Source: Myxococcota bacterium
GTDB lineage: Bacteria > Myxococcota_A > UBA796 > SXON01
NCBI GenBank assembly: GCA_040386535.1
Contig: JAZKFH010000024.1
Span: 159,147-221,852, forward strand
Length of the DNA stretch: 62,706 bases
Direction of reading: 5' to 3'
The notes beneath the pieces were generated by a model that saw only the letters and a list, made by a program, of their open reading frames with translations, had not been told where the DNA came from and searched no databases. This document shows positions 8,455-18,139 of this stretch, piece by piece. A program made the translations under genes and the position numbers. Every line of letters starts with the position of its first letter. The first letter of the stretch is position 1.

Positions 8455-9843
8455 CTACCCGAAGATCTCCCCCACCATCCGCGCCCGCTGCAGCTTCCCC
8501 ATCGCGTTGCGCGGGAGCGCGGGTACGAACGCCCAGCGCCGCGGGCGCTTGAGGCCGGAGAGGTCCTTGGCGGCGAGCTCCAGGGCGGCGCGCAACGTGT
8601 CCTCGGGGACCGTGCCGTCGGGCACCACCGCGCACGCCACGATCTCGTTCAGATCGAGGTCCGGGAGGCCGCAGCAGCCCACTTCGGCCACGCCCGGCAC
8701 CTTCCCGAGGTGCACCTCGACCTCGGCCGGCGAGACGTTCACCCCGCCGACGATGACCAAATCCTTCTTGCGGCCGATGATGCGGAGGTAGCCCTTCTCG
8801 TCGAGCACGCCGGCGTCGCCGGTGCGGAAGAACCCGTCCGCCGTGAACGCGCCGGGATCGGGGCGAGGCTGGTAGCCGGCGAACACGGAGGGGCCGCGCA
8901 GCTGCACCTCCCCCTCCACGATCCGCAGCTCCACGCCATCGAGGGGGGTCCCGACGGTCCCCGCGCGGCGCTCGCCGTGGAACGGGTTGGACGCGATGAT
9001 GACCGTCTCCGTCATGCCGTAGCGCTCGAGCACGCGGTGCCCGGTGGCGGCGAACACCGCGTCGGAGAGCTCGGCGGGGAGGCCATCGGAGCCGCTCACG
9101 AGCAGCTTCAGCGCAGCGAATGCGTCGGGATGCGCGTGCATGGTGTCGAGCCAGCGCCGGTAGTAGGTCGGCACGCCGTAGAAGTGGGTGGTGCCGGCGG
9201 GCGGCAGCACCGGATCGAACCGCGCGGTCACGACGGCGCTGGCGCCGCGGAGCAGCGTGCCGTGCAGGCCGAGCACGAGCCCGTGGGTGTGGAACAGCGG
9301 GAGGCAGAGCCACAGCTGGTCGTCGGGGGAGAGCGCCCAGCGCGCCGCGAGCGCATCGAGGTTGTGCTCCCACATCGCGAACGTTTGCGGGGTGCCCTTG
9401 GCGCGCCCGGTGGTGCCCGACGTGAACAACACGCAGGTCACGTCGCCGGGGGGGACCGGCCACGTGCCGAGGGGCGCGCCCTCCTCCACGGACGTGACGA
9501 CGGGGACGCCCGAATAGATCGACGGGTCCCGGGCGATGACCAGCTTCGGCGCGGCGTCCTCGACGATCGGGCCCACCTCGGCGGCCCGGTAGTGGGCGTT
9601 GAGCGGCACGCGGACGGCGCCGAGGGCCATACAACCGAGGTGCGCGGCGACGAGATCCCGGCCATTTTCCAGCTGGACGCACACCTTGTCGCCCGGGCCG
9701 ACTCCTTGCGTGCAAAGCCAGCCTGCAACGCGCTCTCCGAGGGCCCGGAGCTCCCCGTGGGTGTACGGGTGCCCATCGAGGACGAGGCCGGGAGAGGCCG
9801 GATTGACGGCGAGCCAGCGGGCGAGGAACGAGGGGTGTGCCAT
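8455..9843 (-). CDS. AMP-binding acyl-CoA synthetase, malonyl-CoA synthetase (MatB)-like
   Basis: FTSGTTGRAKG, LPLFHTHGL, ERYGMTET, FFRTGD, PRNAMGK. Confidence 0.9.
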   Translation of the reverse strand: MAHPSFLARWLAVNPASPGLVLDGHPYTHGELRALGERVAGWLCTQGVGPGDKVCVQLENGRDLVAAHLGCMALGAVRVPLNAHYRAAEVGPIVEDAAPKLVIARDPSIYSGVPVVTSVEEGAPLGTWPVPPGDVTCVLFTSGTTGRAKGTPQTFAMWEHNLDALAARWALSPDDQLWLCLPLFHTHGLVLGLHGTLLRGASAVVTARFDPVLPPAGTTHFYGVPTYYRRWLDTMHAHPDAFAALKLLVSGSDGLPAELSDAVFAATGHRVLERYGMTETVIIASNPFHGERRAGTVGTPLDGVELRIVEGEVQLRGPSVFAGYQPRPDPGAFTADGFFRTGDAGVLDEKGYLRIIGRKKDLVIVGGVNVSPAEVEVHLGKVPGVAEVGCCGLPDLDLNEIVACAVVPDGTVPEDTLRAALELAAKDLSGLKRPRRWAFVPALPRNAMGKLQRARMVGEIFG

Positions 9844-9868
9844 CCCAGCGCGTTAACCGGGGCCGGAC

Positions 9869-12187
9869 ATGGGCAAGCTGCGCCGCATCCTCGTCGGAAC
9901 GACCATCCTCACCGCTGTCGCGTTGGGGATCGCCGCCATTCCGGCCACGTTCACCGCGCGCGAGTGGGCCGCCGAGGGCGTGGCCCTGGCCGACGCCCAC
10001 GCCCGCTACGAGGTGTCCCACCCCGGGTGGAGCTTCCCGGCGCGCGTGTACGCCGCCGCCACCCCGCTGACAGAGGCCCCGAAACGCCTCGTCGCCGAGG
10101 CCAAGGCCCGCGGCTACGTCGAGAACTGCAAGGACACCGGCCCCGGCGAGTTCTGCGGCAAGACGAGCACCGTCATCCCTCGCGACGGGCAGGCCCTCGA
10201 GCCCGTGTTGATGGGCTGGCTCATCGGCCCCGACGCCGAGGTGCGCGAGCACCTCCCGCTGGGGGATGCGCCCAAGCACCTGCTCGACGCCATCGTGGTC
10301 TCCGAGGACCGCGCCTACTACGAGCACCACGGCGTCAACCTCAAGGCGATGGGCCGCGCGGTGGTCGCGAACGCGCAGGAGGGCGGCTACGCGCAGGGCG
10401 GCAGCACGCTCACGATGCAGGTGGTGCGCAACCTCGCGCAGCGTCGTGAGAAGACGATCGACCGGAAGCTCCGCGAGATGGTCTACGCCTGGGCGATCGA
10501 CGAGCACCTCGGCAAGGACGGCGTGCTGCAGATGTACCTGGACGCCCCCTACCTCGGGCAGAAGGGCAGCCTGTCGATCTGCGGCTTCGCGGCGGCGGCG
10601 CGGTTCTACTACGACAAGGACGTGCGGGACCTCTCCCTCGACGAGGCCGCCACGCTCGCCGCCATCCTCCCCGCGCCCGGCAAGTTCGCGCCCGACCGCT
10701 TCCCCGAGAAGGCGAAGGAGCGCCGGGATCGTGTGCTCGTCGCGATGGCGGAGCTCAAGGGCTACGACGTGACCGCGGCGCTCGCCGCCCCGATCGTGAC
10801 CGTGCCGCCGACCCCGATCGTGGAGCGGTGGCCCGCGTACCTCTCCGCCACCCGCGCCTACCTCGAAGGCGCGCTCCCCCCGGAGACGCTCTACGGCGCC
10901 GGGCTCGTGGTCACGACCGGCCTGGACATCCACGCGCAGGAGGAGGCCGAGAAGCTCTTTCCGGCGAAGACGAAGTACTTCGAGTCGCTCGTGGGCCGCA
11001 AGGGTGACGGCCCGCTCGAAGCGGCGGGCGTGCTGCTCGACGCGGAGACCGGCCTCGTCCGCGCGGTCTACGGCGGGAGCGAGGTCACCTCGACCAGCTT
11101 CAACCGGGCCACCCAGGCGCGGCGCCAGGCGGGCTCCAGCTTCAAGCCGCTGGTGTACGCGCTCGCGTTCTCCCAGCAGAACCCGGACGGCACGCCGAAG
11201 TTCACCGCGGCGAGCACCGAGGTCAACGCGCCGCGCACGTTCAAGACGCCGCAGGGCGACTGGCGGCCGCGCAACGTAGGCGGCGAATACTCGGCCACGG
11301 CGTGCCTCGCCCAGGGCCTCGCGTGGTCGCAGAACATCGCGACGGCGTCCCTGCTCGAAGACGTGGGCGGCCCCAAGGTGCTCATCCCGTTCGCGACGAA
11401 GCTCGGCTTCGACACGTCGAAGTTCCCCGAGGAGATGGGCCTCGCCCTCGGCCAGGGCGAGGTCACGCCGCTGGAGATGGCGCAGTTCACCGCCATGGTC
11501 TCCAACGGCGGCCGGCTCGTCACGGGCACGCCGGTGCGGACCGCGATCGACGCCGGCGGCGTCCAGCGCATCGCGCCGCCCACCGCGGGCGAGCAGGTCC
11601 TCACGCCCGAGGCCGCCGCGCTCACGCGCGAGTTGATGCGCCTCGTCATCGACGTCGGTACGGGCGGCGCCTCACGCGGCGCGGGCGGCGAGGGCGGCTA
11701 CCAGGGCCAGGCGCTCGGCAAGACCGGCACGACCGACGGCGAGAAGGACCTCTGGTTCGTCGGCGCCACGCCCACGCTCGCGATGGCCGTGTGGCTCGGG
11801 TACGACGTGCCCGCGTCGCTCGGCGCCGCCGCGTCCGATCTGGCCGCGCCGCTCTGGGGCTGGTGGATGAACCGCTCGACGAAGTTCCAGGGCGACGCCC
11901 CCACCTTCTCCGAGACGCCGAAGATCTCGAAGCGCTACCTCTGCACGGTCACCGGCAAGATCGCCGGCCCCACGTGCCGCGGCATCAACGCGCCGTTCCT
12001 CCCCGACACCGCGCCCAAGGCCGGCTGTCCCATCGACCACCCGCCGCCCCCCGAGCCGGTCGAGGGCGAGGAGGTCAAGCCGGGCCACGAGTCGTTGTGG
12101 AAGAAGATGGCGCGGGAGAAGGCCGAGCGGGACGCCGCGGCGGGGATCCTGCCCGCGGTGACGCCGGGCGCGCCGGTGAAGCCGTAA
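9869..12187 (+). CDS. Class A bifunctional penicillin-binding protein (transglycosylase/transpeptidase)
   Basis: GT51 motifs EDRAYYEHHG, GGSTLTMQ, RKLREM; transpeptidase motifs SSFK, SQN, KTG; N-terminal TM anchor. Confidence 0.93.
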   Translation: MGKLRRILVGTTILTAVALGIAAIPATFTAREWAAEGVALADAHARYEVSHPGWSFPARVYAAATPLTEAPKRLVAEAKARGYVENCKDTGPGEFCGKTSTVIPRDGQALEPVLMGWLIGPDAEVREHLPLGDAPKHLLDAIVVSEDRAYYEHHGVNLKAMGRAVVANAQEGGYAQGGSTLTMQVVRNLAQRREKTIDRKLREMVYAWAIDEHLGKDGVLQMYLDAPYLGQKGSLSICGFAAAARFYYDKDVRDLSLDEAATLAAILPAPGKFAPDRFPEKAKERRDRVLVAMAELKGYDVTAALAAPIVTVPPTPIVERWPAYLSATRAYLEGALPPETLYGAGLVVTTGLDIHAQEEAEKLFPAKTKYFESLVGRKGDGPLEAAGVLLDAETGLVRAVYGGSEVTSTSFNRATQARRQAGSSFKPLVYALAFSQQNPDGTPKFTAASTEVNAPRTFKTPQGDWRPRNVGGEYSATACLAQGLAWSQNIATASLLEDVGGPKVLIPFATKLGFDTSKFPEEMGLALGQGEVTPLEMAQFTAMVSNGGRLVTGTPVRTAIDAGGVQRIAPPTAGEQVLTPEAAALTRELMRLVIDVGTGGASRGAGGEGGYQGQALGKTGTTDGEKDLWFVGATPTLAMAVWLGYDVPASLGAAASDLAAPLWGWWMNRSTKFQGDAPTFSETPKISKRYLCTVTGKIAGPTCRGINAPFLPDTAPKAGCPIDHPPPPEPVEGEEVKPGHESLWKKMAREKAERDAAAGILPAVTPGAPVKP

Positions 12188-12190
12188 GGG

Positions 12191-12553
12191 TCAGCCCCCG
12201 ACGGGCCGACACGCGACGACGAACGCGCCCCCCTCGCCGATCGACCCCGCCATGGGCGTCCAGCCGACCGGGAGCCGCGTCGGGTTGAGGCGGGCATTGC
12301 TCACGTCGGCGGGGGCCTGGAACGCGCCCATCGCCATCGTCGAGCGGACCGGGAAGCTGGTGCACTCGTACTGGACCTCGGCCGGGGCCGGGACGGCGAG
12401 CACGGGGGCGGGCGTCACGGGTGCGGGCGGCGTGGGAGGCGCCGGCGGCGCCACGGTGGCGACGACCGGAGGAGCGGGCGTCGGCTCCACGGGCGCTTCC
12501 GCGCGGGCAACCCCGAGGGCGAGGGGCAGGAGGCAGAGGACGCGCAGGGACAT
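12191..12553 (-). CDS. Small secreted Pro-rich hypothetical protein
   Basis: ATG 12553 (MSLRVLCLLPLALGVARA) signal peptide, Pro-rich linker, small C-terminal domain with two Cys. Confidence 0.65.
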   Translation of the reverse strand: MSLRVLCLLPLALGVARAEAPVEPTPAPPVVATVAPPAPPTPPAPVTPAPVLAVPAPAEVQYECTSFPVRSTMAMGAFQAPADVSNARLNPTRLPVGWTPMAGSIGEGGAFVVACRPVGG

Positions 12554-12621
12554 GGGGGCTCCGACAGGGGCGGCAGCGTAACCGCCGACCGCGCGCCCCC
12601 ACCCGCGCCCCGGACGCGTGA

Positions 12622-13266
12622 TCACCGCTCCGGGCAGCGCCCCGGATACTTCCGGTAGCTCTCCGCAGCGAGCTGGCAGTCGCGCGCCGCGAGATCGGTG
12701 CCCTCGGGGCACGTCAGCGTGCCGCCGCACGCCTCGGACATGCCGAAGAACTGCGCGAGCTGCTGGGCGTGCGCCGCCCGCGCCGCGCGCACCCGGAGGC
12801 CCTCCTCGGGGGTGGGGCGCCCCATGGTCCACCGGTGCAACGCGTGGCCGACACAATCGCTCTCGTAGGTGCGCGCGTGCGCCTCGCAGCGGGCGATCTG
12901 GTCGAGCACGTCGGTCGCGGGCCACGTGTCGAGGATCTGGAAGCTGCAGTCGTCGTTGGAGCCGCACGCCACGAGGAGCTCGTCGGGGGTGATCCCCTTC
13001 CGGAGGCGCTGTTGTTCGTCCACCCACGCCTGCCTGCAGGTGGATTCCCAGGCGCCGGCCTGCGGGCAGAGCGCGTTCACGTCCGCCACGGTCGAGAGGC
13101 TCACGATGCGCTGTGCGAGGCAGACGCCGAGCACCTCGGGGAGATCGTCGTACTGGGCGCACGACGCGCGGGTGGTCTCCACCGTCGCGACGCGGCCCGC
13201 GGTGCCTCCGGGCGGCCCCTTCTTCTCGTCGAGCAGCGAGCACGCGAGCAGCGGCAGCAGCAGCAT
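12622..13266 (-). CDS. Cys-rich lipoprotein, cassette copy 1, gene B
   Basis: ATG 13266 MLLLPLLAC; 12 further Cys align with paralog 14464..15099. Confidence 0.85.
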   Translation of the reverse strand: MLLLPLLACSLLDEKKGPPGGTAGRVATVETTRASCAQYDDLPEVLGVCLAQRIVSLSTVADVNALCPQAGAWESTCRQAWVDEQQRLRKGITPDELLVACGSNDDCSFQILDTWPATDVLDQIARCEAHARTYESDCVGHALHRWTMGRPTPEEGLRVRAARAAHAQQLAQFFGMSEACGGTLTCPEGTDLAARDCQLAAESYRKYPGRCPER

Positions 13267-13583
13267 CAGCGCGAGAGGTGCGCGGCGGAGAGCCGCCGAT
13301 CGCAGACGTTCCGCTCCTGCCCGAGGAGGAGCCCGCAGAGCGCGGCGCGATCGGCGTCGGAGACGGCGCCCCGGTGATCGCGCGCCCACGTCAACACCGT
13401 GGCGTTGCGGATCATCGGGTCCTCCAGCGTGGCGGCGAGGCGGGCGACCTCGGAGGGCGCCATCGCGCCGTCGGCCACGATCCGCTTGTGCAGGCACCGA
13501 TCCCGCTCGGGCCCCGCCGCCATGGACTCACAGGGCACGGGGCCACAGCCGACGCCGAGGAGCAGTAGCAGCGCGGTCCACAT
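13266..13583 (-). CDS. Small Cys-containing lipoprotein, cassette copy 1, gene A
   Basis: MWTALLLLLGVGC (or GTG 13586); shares RDxCxH, ATVLxWARDHR and CxRRLxAAHLxR with 15096..15410; TGATG coupling to gene B. Confidence 0.85.
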   Translation of the reverse strand: MWTALLLLLGVGCGPVPCESMAAGPERDRCLHKRIVADGAMAPSEVARLAATLEDPMIRNATVLTWARDHRGAVSDADRAALCGLLLGQERNVCDRRLSAAHLSR

Positions 13584-13646
13584 CACGGCGCGGAGCCTAC
13601 CATCCGCGCGGCCGCGACGGCGACGGCTTCGGGATAGAACAAACGG

Positions 13647-14240
13647 ATGCTGCTCGCCCTGCTCTACGCCTGCACGACGGATGTGAGCGTCACCAAGGAC
13701 AGCGACGACACGGACACGCTCTCCGCCCAGGAGCGGCTGGGCCTGTCGGACGCCGAGGTCAGCCGCATCCTCGCCTTCCTCAACGACTGCGGCACGACGC
13801 TCTCGCTGCTCGACGGAGACGTGGGGCTCGACTCGGACGCCGCCGGCTCGCTGGTCTCGCATCGCGACGGCCCCGACGAGGCCTGCTCCACCGCGGACGA
13901 CGCGCCCTACCTCACCCTCGACGACGTCGATGCCGTGCCCCAGGTGGGCGACCAGACGATCCTCGCGATCCTGGCGTGGCTGGTCGACGGGGAGCTCGAT
14001 CCAGGCGGCACCTGGGAGGGAATCGACTTCTCGGAGGAGGAGGTGACCGTGGTGCTGGAGATGGCGAACGAGGCCACGCAGGACCAGCTCGACATCGATG
14101 TCGGGCTCGACGCGGACGCGGTCGGCGAGATCCTCGACGCACGGCCCATCGCCGACATGGACGTGCTGGCCGCGGTGCCCGAGGTGGGGCCCTCCGCGCT
14201 CCAGAAGCTCAAGGACCACGTTCCGTCGTGGGGCGGCTGA
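13647..14240 (+). CDS. Lipoprotein with two ComEA-like helix-hairpin-helix repeats
   Basis: MLLALLYAC; two internal repeats (LDxDVGLDxDA...AVPxVGxxxxxxL) resembling HhH DNA-binding modules. Confidence 0.75.
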   Translation: MLLALLYACTTDVSVTKDSDDTDTLSAQERLGLSDAEVSRILAFLNDCGTTLSLLDGDVGLDSDAAGSLVSHRDGPDEACSTADDAPYLTLDDVDAVPQVGDQTILAILAWLVDGELDPGGTWEGIDFSEEEVTVVLEMANEATQDQLDIDVGLDADAVGEILDARPIADMDVLAAVPEVGPSALQKLKDHVPSWGG

Positions 14241-14243
14241 ACC

Positions 14244-14531
14244 GTGGCGGAGCGTGCCCCGCTGCTCATCGCCGAGGCCACCGTGCGTGTCGTGCGTGCG
14301 GTCGCCCGGGTGGTGCCGGCGCGGCTCAAGAAGCGCGTCGAGGACGGCGTTTTCCACTACATCTTCCAGAAGACGCGCGTGGAGAACGACGCGTACGGAT
14401 GGCGCCCGCCGCCCGCGGGAGGCGAGCCGCCGTCGGGGGAGCCGCATTCGGGGGAGCCGGGCATCAGCGGGAACGACACAGGCCCGGGCGCGCCGCCTGC
14501 CGCGCCTCGGCCGTCCGGCACGCGGCGCTGA
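14244..14531 (+). CDS. Small hypothetical protein
   Basis: GTG start 3 nt after the upstream stop; ordered N-terminal half (FHYIFQKTRVENDAYGWRP); the 3' end overlaps the convergent gene. Confidence 0.55.
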   Translation: MAERAPLLIAEATVRVVRAVARVVPARLKKRVEDGVFHYIFQKTRVENDAYGWRPPPAGGEPPSGEPHSGEPGISGNDTGPGAPPAAPRPSGTRR

Positions 14532-15099
14532 CCGGATCGGGACCGTCTCCGCACGCGATGCCGACGTCCGCGCACCCCGCCATGGCGAGGAATCGCCCGA
14601 TCGCCTGCGGATGGTGCACGAAGCGGGCGCGGAGCTCCCCGGCCTCCGCGACCGTCGGCGTCCCCTCCACCCACCGCTGGAGCGCGTGTACGGTGCAGTC
14701 CGAGGCGTACTGATGCACGTGCGCCTCGCACGCGTCGATCTGCGCGAAGACGTCGCCCCGCGGCGCGGCGTCCAGCACCTCGAACGAGCAGTCGGGGTCG
14801 CCTCCGCACGCGGCCAACAACACCGCCGGGTCGGTCCCGCGGCGGTCCCGGCGCTGCTGGACGACCCACGAATGGCGGCACGGCCCCTCCCACGCGCCCG
14901 CCCGGACACACAGCTCCGCCATCGCGGTCACGTCCGTCACGGAGCGGACCTCGCGCGTCAGGCAGTACCCGAACACCTCGGGGGACGCGACGTGCGCGGC
15001 GCACCTGTCGAGCGGCGAGGTGGGGGCGCCCGGCGCGCGGGCGGGCGGGGCTGGCGGCGGGGACGGCGGCTCCGCACACGCGAGGAGCAGGAGGATCAT
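14464..15099 (-). CDS. Cys-rich lipoprotein, cassette copy 2, gene B
   Basis: MILLLLAC; AGAWExxCR, CSFxxLD, CEAH and SDCxxHALxRW shared with 12622..13266. Confidence 0.85.
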   Translation of the reverse strand: MILLLLACAEPPSPPPAPPARAPGAPTSPLDRCAAHVASPEVFGYCLTREVRSVTDVTAMAELCVRAGAWEGPCRHSWVVQQRRDRRGTDPAVLLAACGGDPDCSFEVLDAAPRGDVFAQIDACEAHVHQYASDCTVHALQRWVEGTPTVAEAGELRARFVHHPQAIGRFLAMAGCADVGIACGDGPDPVSAACRTAEARQAARPGLCRSR

Positions 15100-15410
15100 C
15101 GGGCGAGGTGCGCGGCGAACAGCCGGCGTTCGCAGACGCGGCGCTCCTCCATCGGGAGCAACTCGCAGACGGCACGTGCGCCGTCGGGGTGTACGCCGTC
15201 GCGGTGATCACGCGCCCAGGCGAGGACCGTGGCGTAGCGGACCACCGGGTCCGCGATGTTGGGGGCGAGCCGGGCGACCGCGGCCACCTCGCTCGTCGGG
15301 AGTGCCAGGATCTCGGCATGCCAGCAGGCGTCCCGCGCCGCGACATCGGCCAGCGCCGGACACGTCTCCGGCGCACAACCGATCGCCAAGAGCCACCCGA
15401 GCACGCGCAT
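15096..15410 (-). CDS. Small Cys-containing lipoprotein, cassette copy 2, gene A
   Basis: MRVLGWLLAIGC; clear paralog of 13266..13583; ATGA overlap with gene B. Confidence 0.85.
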   Translation of the reverse strand: MRVLGWLLAIGCAPETCPALADVAARDACWHAEILALPTSEVAAVARLAPNIADPVVRYATVLAWARDHRDGVHPDGARAVCELLPMEERRVCERRLFAAHLAR

Positions 15411-15576
15411 CCCACCCCCCTACGACCCGCACGGTAGCTCCACGTCCGTGGATCTGGCGCCCGCGATGCGGCGCGGCGGTGGTCCGCGGCGTGCGAACAC
15501 GGATACGCGTCGTTTGCCGGTGGGACCCGCCCCTGCCAAGAAACCGTCAACGCCTCTACCGTGCTAGGCGGGCCGC

Positions 15577-16470
15577 ATGCGCCTCCCCTCGTCTCCGTTC
15601 GCGGCCCGGCTCGCCCAGGCCGTCACCACCGTCGGCACGCCCCTGTGCGTCGGCATCGATCCCTGGCCCGATCGCCTCCCCGGCGCGCGCGCGGGTGACA
15701 CGCGGGAAGCGCTCGCGGCGCACGCCGCCGCCTTCGGACACGCCGTGGTGAACGCCGTCGCGGGGCAGGTGGCGTCGGTGAAGCCGCAGTTCGCCTTCTT
15801 CGAGCAGCTCGGCCCCCCGGGCATGGCCGCCCTGGCGGAGGTCTGCGCCGCCGCCACCGCCGCGGGGCTGATCGTCGTCGGTGATGCCAAACGTGGCGAC
15901 ATCGGGAGCACCGCGACCGCCTACGCCGCCGCCACCCTCGCGCCCGACGCCCCCTTCCCCTGCGACGCCCTCACCGTTTCCCCCTTCCTCGGTCCCGACA
16001 CCCTGGAGCCGTTCCTCACCGCCGCCGACGCGGCCCTGGGCGGCCTCTTCGTGCTCCTGCGCACTTCCAACCCCGGCTCGGCCCGGTGGCAGGCGCCGGT
16101 GGCGGATGACCTCGCCGGATGGCTCACGGAGGCGGGCGCGGCGCGCCAGGGTGCCGATGGCCTCTCGAACGTCGGGGCCGTGGTCGGCGCGACCCACGCC
16201 GGCGCGCTCGCGACGATGCGGAGCAAGCTCCCACACGCCTGGCTCCTGGTTCCGGGCTTCGGCGCGCAGGGAGGCACCGCCCGGGACGTGGCGCCCGCCG
16301 CGCGTCCCGACGGCCTCGGCGCGCTGATCGTGAGCGCCCGCGGCGCGACCTTCCCCGCTGCCTATGACGCCGCCTACGACACGGACCCGACGACCTGGAT
16401 CCGCGCCCGTGTGGCGGGCATCGTGGCCGAGCTGCGCGCCGAGTGGCCGCGGCTCGGGAGCGCGCAATGA
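15577..16470 (+). CDS. pyrF: Orotidine-5'-phosphate decarboxylase
   Basis: LCVGIDP, KPQFAFFE, DAKRGDIGST, TSNPGS, GAVVGAT, LLVPGFGAQGG. Confidence 0.96.
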   Translation: MRLPSSPFAARLAQAVTTVGTPLCVGIDPWPDRLPGARAGDTREALAAHAAAFGHAVVNAVAGQVASVKPQFAFFEQLGPPGMAALAEVCAAATAAGLIVVGDAKRGDIGSTATAYAAATLAPDAPFPCDALTVSPFLGPDTLEPFLTAADAALGGLFVLLRTSNPGSARWQAPVADDLAGWLTEAGAARQGADGLSNVGAVVGATHAGALATMRSKLPHAWLLVPGFGAQGGTARDVAPAARPDGLGALIVSARGATFPAAYDAAYDTDPTTWIRARVAGIVAELRAEWPRLGSAQ

Positions 16471-17252
16471 TGGTCCTCCTCGCGCTCGTCGGGTGTTCGC
16501 CCGAGCCCGGCACCGCCGAGGGCCGCGTCGTGGATGCCCGCTCGGGCGGCCCCGTCGTCGGCGTCGAGCTCCGCCTCGCCGCGCGCGAGGACAAGTGTCC
16601 GGCCACGACCACCACGACCGACGCTGACGGGCGCTACTCCGTGGCCGGCTTGTGCGGCCAGGGGCACTGGACCGTCGCTCCGGTCGACCAAGCCTGGTAC
16701 CTGCCCGAGCCCGTGACCGCCGGCCCCGACGTGACCCTGAGCGTCTGGCGCGCCCCCGAGGCGCCCGGCGTCTACACGATCGCGGCGGGCGTCCCCACCC
16801 CGCTCGTGACGCACACGGTCCTCGACGTGGTCCGCGTGTTCGACACCGATCGCGAGGTACGCTTTCCCGTCGAGATCCCCGGAGCGGTCCCCCGGATCGA
16901 CGGCGACGTCGCCCTGCTCGTGGTGGGTGATGTGCTCGGCCACCCGCTCCCCTTCGAGGCCCTCGTCCCCTCACCCGAGCGGCGCTGGTTCGGCACCAAG
17001 GACGCGCCGCAGCCCATCGATCCGTGGGTGTACCTCGGCGTGCGCTTCGAGAGCGACGCGGTGCTCGTGCCCGTCGGCGCGCCCCTCGACCCCGCCGGGA
17101 TCGAGCGCGTCGGCGGCCCGCGTCCGCTCCAGTACGTCCGCGGCGCCGCTCTCGCGCCCGGGCGCTACGCGTTGCCGACGGTCGACGGGAGTCGGGCGTT
17201 CATCCTCGACTTCGGCCCTCCCCCCGCCCCGGAAGGGCCTCCCACGCCGTAG
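16467..17252 (+). CDS. Lipoprotein with carboxypeptidase-regulatory-like (prealbumin-fold) N-terminal domain
   Basis: MMVLLALVGC; GRVVDA..G.PV.G...TDADGRY pattern; ATGA overlap with pyrF; similar in layout to 53889..54653. Confidence 0.75.
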   Translation: MMVLLALVGCSPEPGTAEGRVVDARSGGPVVGVELRLAAREDKCPATTTTTDADGRYSVAGLCGQGHWTVAPVDQAWYLPEPVTAGPDVTLSVWRAPEAPGVYTIAAGVPTPLVTHTVLDVVRVFDTDREVRFPVEIPGAVPRIDGDVALLVVGDVLGHPLPFEALVPSPERRWFGTKDAPQPIDPWVYLGVRFESDAVLVPVGAPLDPAGIERVGGPRPLQYVRGAALAPGRYALPTVDGSRAFILDFGPPPAPEGPPTP

Positions 17253-17265
17253 CTACCGGCCGTCG

Positions 17266-18033
17266 CTACCCGGCCTCCGACGCGCGGAACGGCTCGTCAC
17301 ATCCGCGGCGCCGCGCGATCTCGACGACCTTCGCCCAGGTGGCGGCGGCGTAGGCCTCGCCGTCCACGAACGCGGCGCGATCGAGGGGCGCCTCCACCTC
17401 GATGCCCACGGACTGCCCGGGCATCGCGTACACGCTGGCCGCCGGCACCACGGCCTCGGTGCCCCAGACGCAGGCGGGGACGACATCCACGCCGTTCTCC
17501 CAGCAGCTCTGCACGAGGCGCAGGTAGATGCGGGAGCCGATGTGGCCGTCGCGCGTGCGCGTGCCCTCGGGGAACACGTGCACGTTCGCCTTGCCGCGGA
17601 GGAGCAGCAACGCATCGGAGACGACGCGCGCCCGGCTCATCTTGCTGGTCCGATCGAAGAAGATCGCCCCGGACAGGTAGCCGTTGACGCCGAAGAAGGG
17701 GACGTACTTGACCTCCTTCTTCGAGATGCCGTTGCTGGCCGTGTAGACCATCAGGATCGGCACGTCGATCCAGCTGCGGTGGTTGGAGATGACGAGGTAG
17801 CCCCCCTCCTTCGGCAGAAGGTGGAGGCCGACCCGCTCGATGCGCAGCCACAACAACGGCCGGAGCACGAGCCAGCCGAACAGCTGGGCGCCACGCATCG
17901 CGTAGCGTTCCCTCCGGCCGCGCGGCACGAGCGCGAACGGCAAGATCGGGATCGACACCAACAGGGCGAAGCCAAGGGTGATGAGCGCGCCCACCACGGC
18001 GAACAGAAAGCCGACGACGCGCCGCACCAGCAC
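17266..18033 (-). CDS. 1-acyl-sn-glycerol-3-phosphate (lysophospholipid) acyltransferase, PlsC family
   Basis: NHRSWID (HxxxxD), FFDR, FPEGTR. Confidence 0.92.
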   Translation of the reverse strand: MLVRRVVGFLFAVVGALITLGFALLVSIPILPFALVPRGRRERYAMRGAQLFGWLVLRPLLWLRIERVGLHLLPKEGGYLVISNHRSWIDVPILMVYTASNGISKKEVKYVPFFGVNGYLSGAIFFDRTSKMSRARVVSDALLLLRGKANVHVFPEGTRTRDGHIGSRIYLRLVQSCWENGVDVVPACVWGTEAVVPAASVYAMPGQSVGIEVEAPLDRAAFVDGEAYAAATWAKVVEIARRRGCDEPFRASEAG

Positions 18034-18139
18034 TCCCCCTCGGTGACGCTACCGGCAGTAGCTACCACGGTCCCGGCGCGACGGTTAGGTGGCTCGGCCC
18101 CGATGATCGAACCCGATCATCGACGAACCAGGATCCGAC

